Shown here in pieces: positions 16,421 to 20,876 of a stretch of DNA of 20,876 nt. The translations under genes and the position numbers were made by a program. Source of the DNA: Octopus sinensis (lineage: Eukaryota); the NCBI RefSeq assembly GCF_006345805.1, contig NW_021823872.1:1-20876 (forward strand). Direction: 5' to 3'. The number at the start of each line of letters is the position of its first letter. The first letter of the stretch is position 1. Below the pieces are notes generated by a model. The model was not told the DNA's origin. It was given only the letters and a program-made list of their open reading frames with translations, and made no database searches.

Positions 16421-16513
16421 ATCTCTTATCCTTAAAAATAGATACCATGAAAACAGACAAAAATCCCAATGTAGCCGGGTTGAATTTACTCAGAAGCATA
16501 AAAACTAAGCATT

Positions 16514-16644
16514 AGGCACAGGTGGGACTCTGTGGTCAGAAGATTGCTTCTAAACCACATGGTTCCAGATTCAGTCCAACTGCGTGGCACCTTGGGCAGA
16601 TATCTTTCTACAATGGCCTCAGGTCGACCAAAGTCTTGTGAGTA

Positions 16645-16675
<31 letters not shown>

Positions 16676-16923
16676 CTGCGTGCGTGTCTTTGTGCCTGTG
16701 TTTGTCCCCAACCACTGCCCGACAACCGGTGTTGGTGTGTTTACGTCCCTGTAACTTAACGGTTCGGCAAAAGTGACCGATAGAATAAGTACCAGCCTTA
16801 AAAATGAAATATAAAAACAGTACTGGGGTTGATTCATTTGACTAAACAATTCTTGAATGAGGTGCCCCAGCGTGGCCGCAGTGCCACGACTGAAACAAGT
16901 ATATGGTAAGAAGTAAAAGATAA
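16514..16923 (+). mobile_element. CORE-type SINE (type B), full-length, internal (TA)n
   Basis: aggcacagg..aaccacatggttccagattcagtccaactgcgtggcaccttgggcag..gtaacttaacggttcggcaaaag..gtgccccagcgtggccgcag..gactgaaacaag. Confidence 0.9.
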
Positions 16924-17208
16924 TCATCCCAGATTCAGTTTACTCAGATGCATTAGAACTAGGGATTACCGGATTAGTGAATGGTCTTAAGGTCGGATTA
17001 TTCGACATATTTCGTGAGCTCCACGGCCTGGCATATACTTAATATCAGAGAGCAGAATAAGAATTGCATATGTTTCTAGGGATCCTGGACAAGTTTATGC
17101 TCCCGTACACCCAGCGGTATTTGGACTGGTCGTAGATTTTCCAGCATAGAATCACTTGAAGGATATTGCAGGAATATCAAAGAATGCACCAGTAAAACAA
17201 CGACGACA

Positions 17209-17379
17209 GTGGAAGCACAATAGCTGAGTGGTTAGGGCAGCGGACTCGCGGTCGTAAGAACGCGGTTTCGATTCCCAGACCGGGCATTGTGAGTGTTTAT
17301 TGAGGCTCCGGCGCGGGGTGGTGAACTCCGCTGTAGTCTTTCACCACAACTTTCTCTCGCTCTTTCTTCCTACTTCTGT
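17209..17379 (+). mobile_element. Type A SINE, 5' part with a ~25-bp internal deletion
   Basis: Head as in the other type A copies; ttattgag|gctccgg lacks the cgaaaaca..agctccacgag block, with GAG microhomology at the deletion. Confidence 0.9.
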
Positions 17380-17656
17380 CACAAAGCAGAGGAACAATAG
17401 GGTAACCCACTATGGTGTGGTAAGCTTTCAAACCCTAATCTAGATAGCGAATCCTCTGTACCCCAGGATGGTTCAGCTCTCTACCCGTTAAATGCCACCG
17501 TTTACGGAATGAGGATAACAACGTAGCTTTCGCGGCCGTGCAACTGCTAGTCTATCACGTGTGGTGGGTGGATCTTCAAGTTGTTATATGCATTCTTAGA
17601 AGCTTAGAGTAGGCTCGAATTAGAGATTATTCTTTGTGGCTAATGGCGTGAATCCT

Positions 17657-17815
17657 GATTGGAAGATTGGAAGATTGGAAGATTGGAAGAAGAAGAAGAA
17701 GAAGAAGAAGAAGAAGAAGAAGAAGAAGAAGAAGAAGAAGAAGAAGAAGAAGAAGAAGAAGAAGAAGAAGAAGAAGAAGAAGAAGAAGAAGAAGATAACA
17801 ACTACAACAACAACA
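17657..17815. repeat. (GATTGGAA)4 followed by pure (GAA)35 and short (CAA)n
   Basis: Octamer 17657-17688; GAA run 17689-17793 (105 bp). Confidence 0.97.
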
Positions 17816-18109
17816 AAAGAAAAAATCAAGAGTTGCTATGACATGCATAATAACTGGATTTATTTAGAGTCGGGAGAAAACTTTAGGAAATGAGTCACCG
17901 TGAGAGTTCTACAAAGGTAATTCCTGAAACTTGAGTGGATTGGGTGAATATTACCAAGAAAACAATGGGAACTAAATTCCAGATAATGTAATCTTCATAC
18001 TTTTGAATATCTATGGATCGTAGATTCGATTCAATATAGAGAAATTTCGGTCACTTCACAAAAGAAGAAGTTCCGTAGGATAATAGGATATATTTCTTCC
18101 AGATTCTTG

Positions 18110-18142
18110 TATATTTATATATATTATATATATATTATATAT

Positions 18143-18176
<34 letters not shown>

Positions 18177-18295
18177 ATATAATATTATATATACATACAT
18201 ATTATATATACACATATATATATGTGTATATGCACATACGAGTATGTGTATGCATATATAGAAATGTTTATGTAAATATATATACATCTATATAA
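18110..18295. repeat. Degenerate (TA)n/(TG)n low-complexity tract
   Basis: Direct inspection. Confidence 0.9.
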
Positions 18296-18519
18296 CATTC
18301 ATTTAGGTAACATTATCAAATTTGTTGCCGACGGTAATAATAATATTGATGATGATGATATTCTAAACTACTACTACTACTACTACTACTGTTTGATGCA
18401 CATTCCTGCCTAGAGATACGAAACTACTGCAGCCGTGTGCTGTGAATGACATCTTTCGTACGGCGGCAAGGCTAGCCAGCTAGCCTAACCTCAGTTCAGC
18501 AATCATAGTAAGAAAGATA

Positions 18520-19782
18520 TCATTTATACATACATACAGACAAACAGACAAACAGACAGACAGACTGATAGACACACACACAGACAGATAGACAGACGTA
18601 CACGCGTGACACATACATACTTGCATATGTGCATACAGAGATACACATATTCATACACGCATGTATTGCACACATATGTACAAATAATAACACATATTTA
18701 CAATTATGCATATATACACACTCCATTGTATGCATGTATAGACATTTATACACTCTTCTTATATGTATTTATAAATATGTACGTGTAAATATATGTATGT
18801 ATATATATAGAGAAACATTTAAACGCATATATACATCATATACACTTATATACAACATATATTATACATCATATGTATATATATATATTTGTATGTATAT
18901 ACACACACGTACTCTCATATACATGTACATTCACACACACAGACACACAGACACAGAAGCAGACATATATATATATATATATGTACACACATCTAAATGT
19001 GCACGCATACATGCAGAGACAAACATAAGCTTACACATATACATATACAAATATGTGTACAGATAGTCACATACACATACAGACGTATATATATATATAC
19101 ATAGGATCACATACGAGTACCTACCTGCAGATATGCAAATATCTTACAAACGTTTACAAATTCACGTGAACAAACACACAGACACATTTGCATGCACGCA
19201 ATCGCGCATGAACATGCAAATGCATGCACGCACACTTATACATGGGTACACTGCTGCATGTATATATATAAGTGCATATAGACATGCACGTGGATATAGA
19301 GACACATATGCATAGATAAATGCCCATACATGCGCTCACGCTAGGTTATGTCAATGCAATGTACTCAGACGAGCGCATAACTGGCGCGTAAAATCATAGA
19401 TGGATATACACACATTTATATATACGCATACAGATTATGACACAGGGGCACTCAGATACACATATATACATACAGGCACGAGACATATGCATAATATATA
19501 GTAACAAGAACTATGTAGGAGATTGTAGAGACAATGCATATAACAGGGGTATGCATTCTAAAGCTTTATGACGAATAATGAAGACACACAGACTCGTCTA
19601 CACAGATACGTATTGTACATTTGTATAAGCGACACATATTAAAGGTGGAAGAAAGAATGAATATCAGAGCGAAATATACATACATAGTAATATGTACAAT
19701 CCAGGTGTATGTAGCGTATATTATTGTTAGAGAAATGTGTATATCTATAATTGTGTGTGTGTATGTGTATGTGTGTGTTTGT

Positions 19783-19824
<42 letters not shown>

Positions 19825-20698
19825 TTGTATGAACACGTATGTATGCAAATATACACACACCTGCACACACACAAATACATATGTGTGTATTTATGTACCT
19901 AAGTTCTAGTATATCTATACAAGTGTAGATATATGTGTTTGTGTGTGTATTATCATTATATAAGAGAAATGGTTTTTATTAAATGGTTATGCATCCATAT
20001 ATATAACTATGCATATAAAGATATATGGTAATTGGGTAAACATAACATATATTCAGTATGTGAATGATAAACGCAGACGTGTGTATAAATACATATATAA
20101 ATACATGAATACCTATAGAGCAACACATACATATATACATACATACACACACACACAATATATATATATATATATATATATAACATATAATATATATTAA
20201 TATTAATATATTATATATATATATATATTAAATGAATATATACGTACAGATATTTATATCCATACATATACATAGCTACATGGAAGACGGTATATATTAC
20301 TAGGCAAGTGATATATATACACACACACACACAAACACACATATATATATATGTGTGTGTGTGTGATGTATATTTCTATGTATACGTGAATCTATACAAA
20401 CAGATACATCCATGAAAATATATATAGCTATAGGCATAGGGAAAAGGGTATATATATGTATGTGCAAGTAATACATATATATATAAATACTTATATATGT
20501 ATATATATATATATATATACATACATATATATGTATATATATATATGTATATATATATATCTATATATATATATATATGCATATATACAGATATATACAT
20601 ATACATATATATATGATACTATATTATATAATGTATATATGTATAATTAAATTTATATATATGTGTACATAAATACGCACACATACTCACGTACATAT

Positions 20699-20729
<31 letters not shown>

Positions 20730-20760
20730 TATATGTATGTATGTATGTATAACATACACA
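18520..20760. repeat. ~2.2 kb of decayed CA/TA/TG/CAGA microsatellite-derived low-complexity DNA
   Basis: Alternating purine-pyrimidine text throughout; all ORFs here are YI/HT/CV repeats. Confidence 0.85.
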
Positions 20761-20876
20761 ATATTGGCGGTTATCCTTTCACATTAAAAATCTATTTATG
20801 GCTACTTAATACTACACCAAACTACTTCCATTTATGTAAAGGTATATCAGTATGTAACTTATGTGACCATGCATGC

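Noticed and set aside
16925-18110. Complex sequence around the 17209 SINE and after the GAA tract as LINE ORF remnants
   Set aside because: The frames I translated showed no motif I could assign; left unannotated.
113-20650. The many 60-230 aa ORFs in the supplied track as protein-coding genes
   Set aside because: They are translations of microsatellites (YI, CV, HT, MYVC, poly-I/L/K/E/F) or SINE bodies; only the mariner and RLE remnants show real protein motifs.

Overview
Eukaryotic, gene-free, repeat-saturated DNA. The SINE set and extreme microsatellite load point to an octopus (coleoid cephalopod) intron or intergenic region; this is an inference from recalled repeat families, not a database result. 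I can support no host protein-coding gene. Almost all listed ORFs are microsatellite or SINE read-throughs, and the only real coding remnants are dead transposons: a mariner transposase 5' half and two R4/Dong-like RLE non-LTR retrotransposon fragments. About 17 tRNA-derived SINE copies or fragments of at least three types are present, several with target-site duplications (TSDs), plus two putative TA-flanked MITEs. The most interesting signal is at 2.46-3.45 kb, where short units embedded in (TA)n arrays carry type I hammerhead-ribozyme folds: one near-canonical minimal motif and one variant with a long helix I. They resemble Penelope-like/retrozyme-type non-autonomous elements. Other notable structures are a large interrupted palindrome at 11.1-11.7 kb whose right arm holds a locally templated ~365 bp copy of the 13.4-13.8 kb locus, an inverted ~350 bp repeat pair with twin terminal hairpins, and a ~550 bp element sitting inside (TAT)n. 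All alignments and coordinates were done by eye; element ends marked approximate may be off by several bases.
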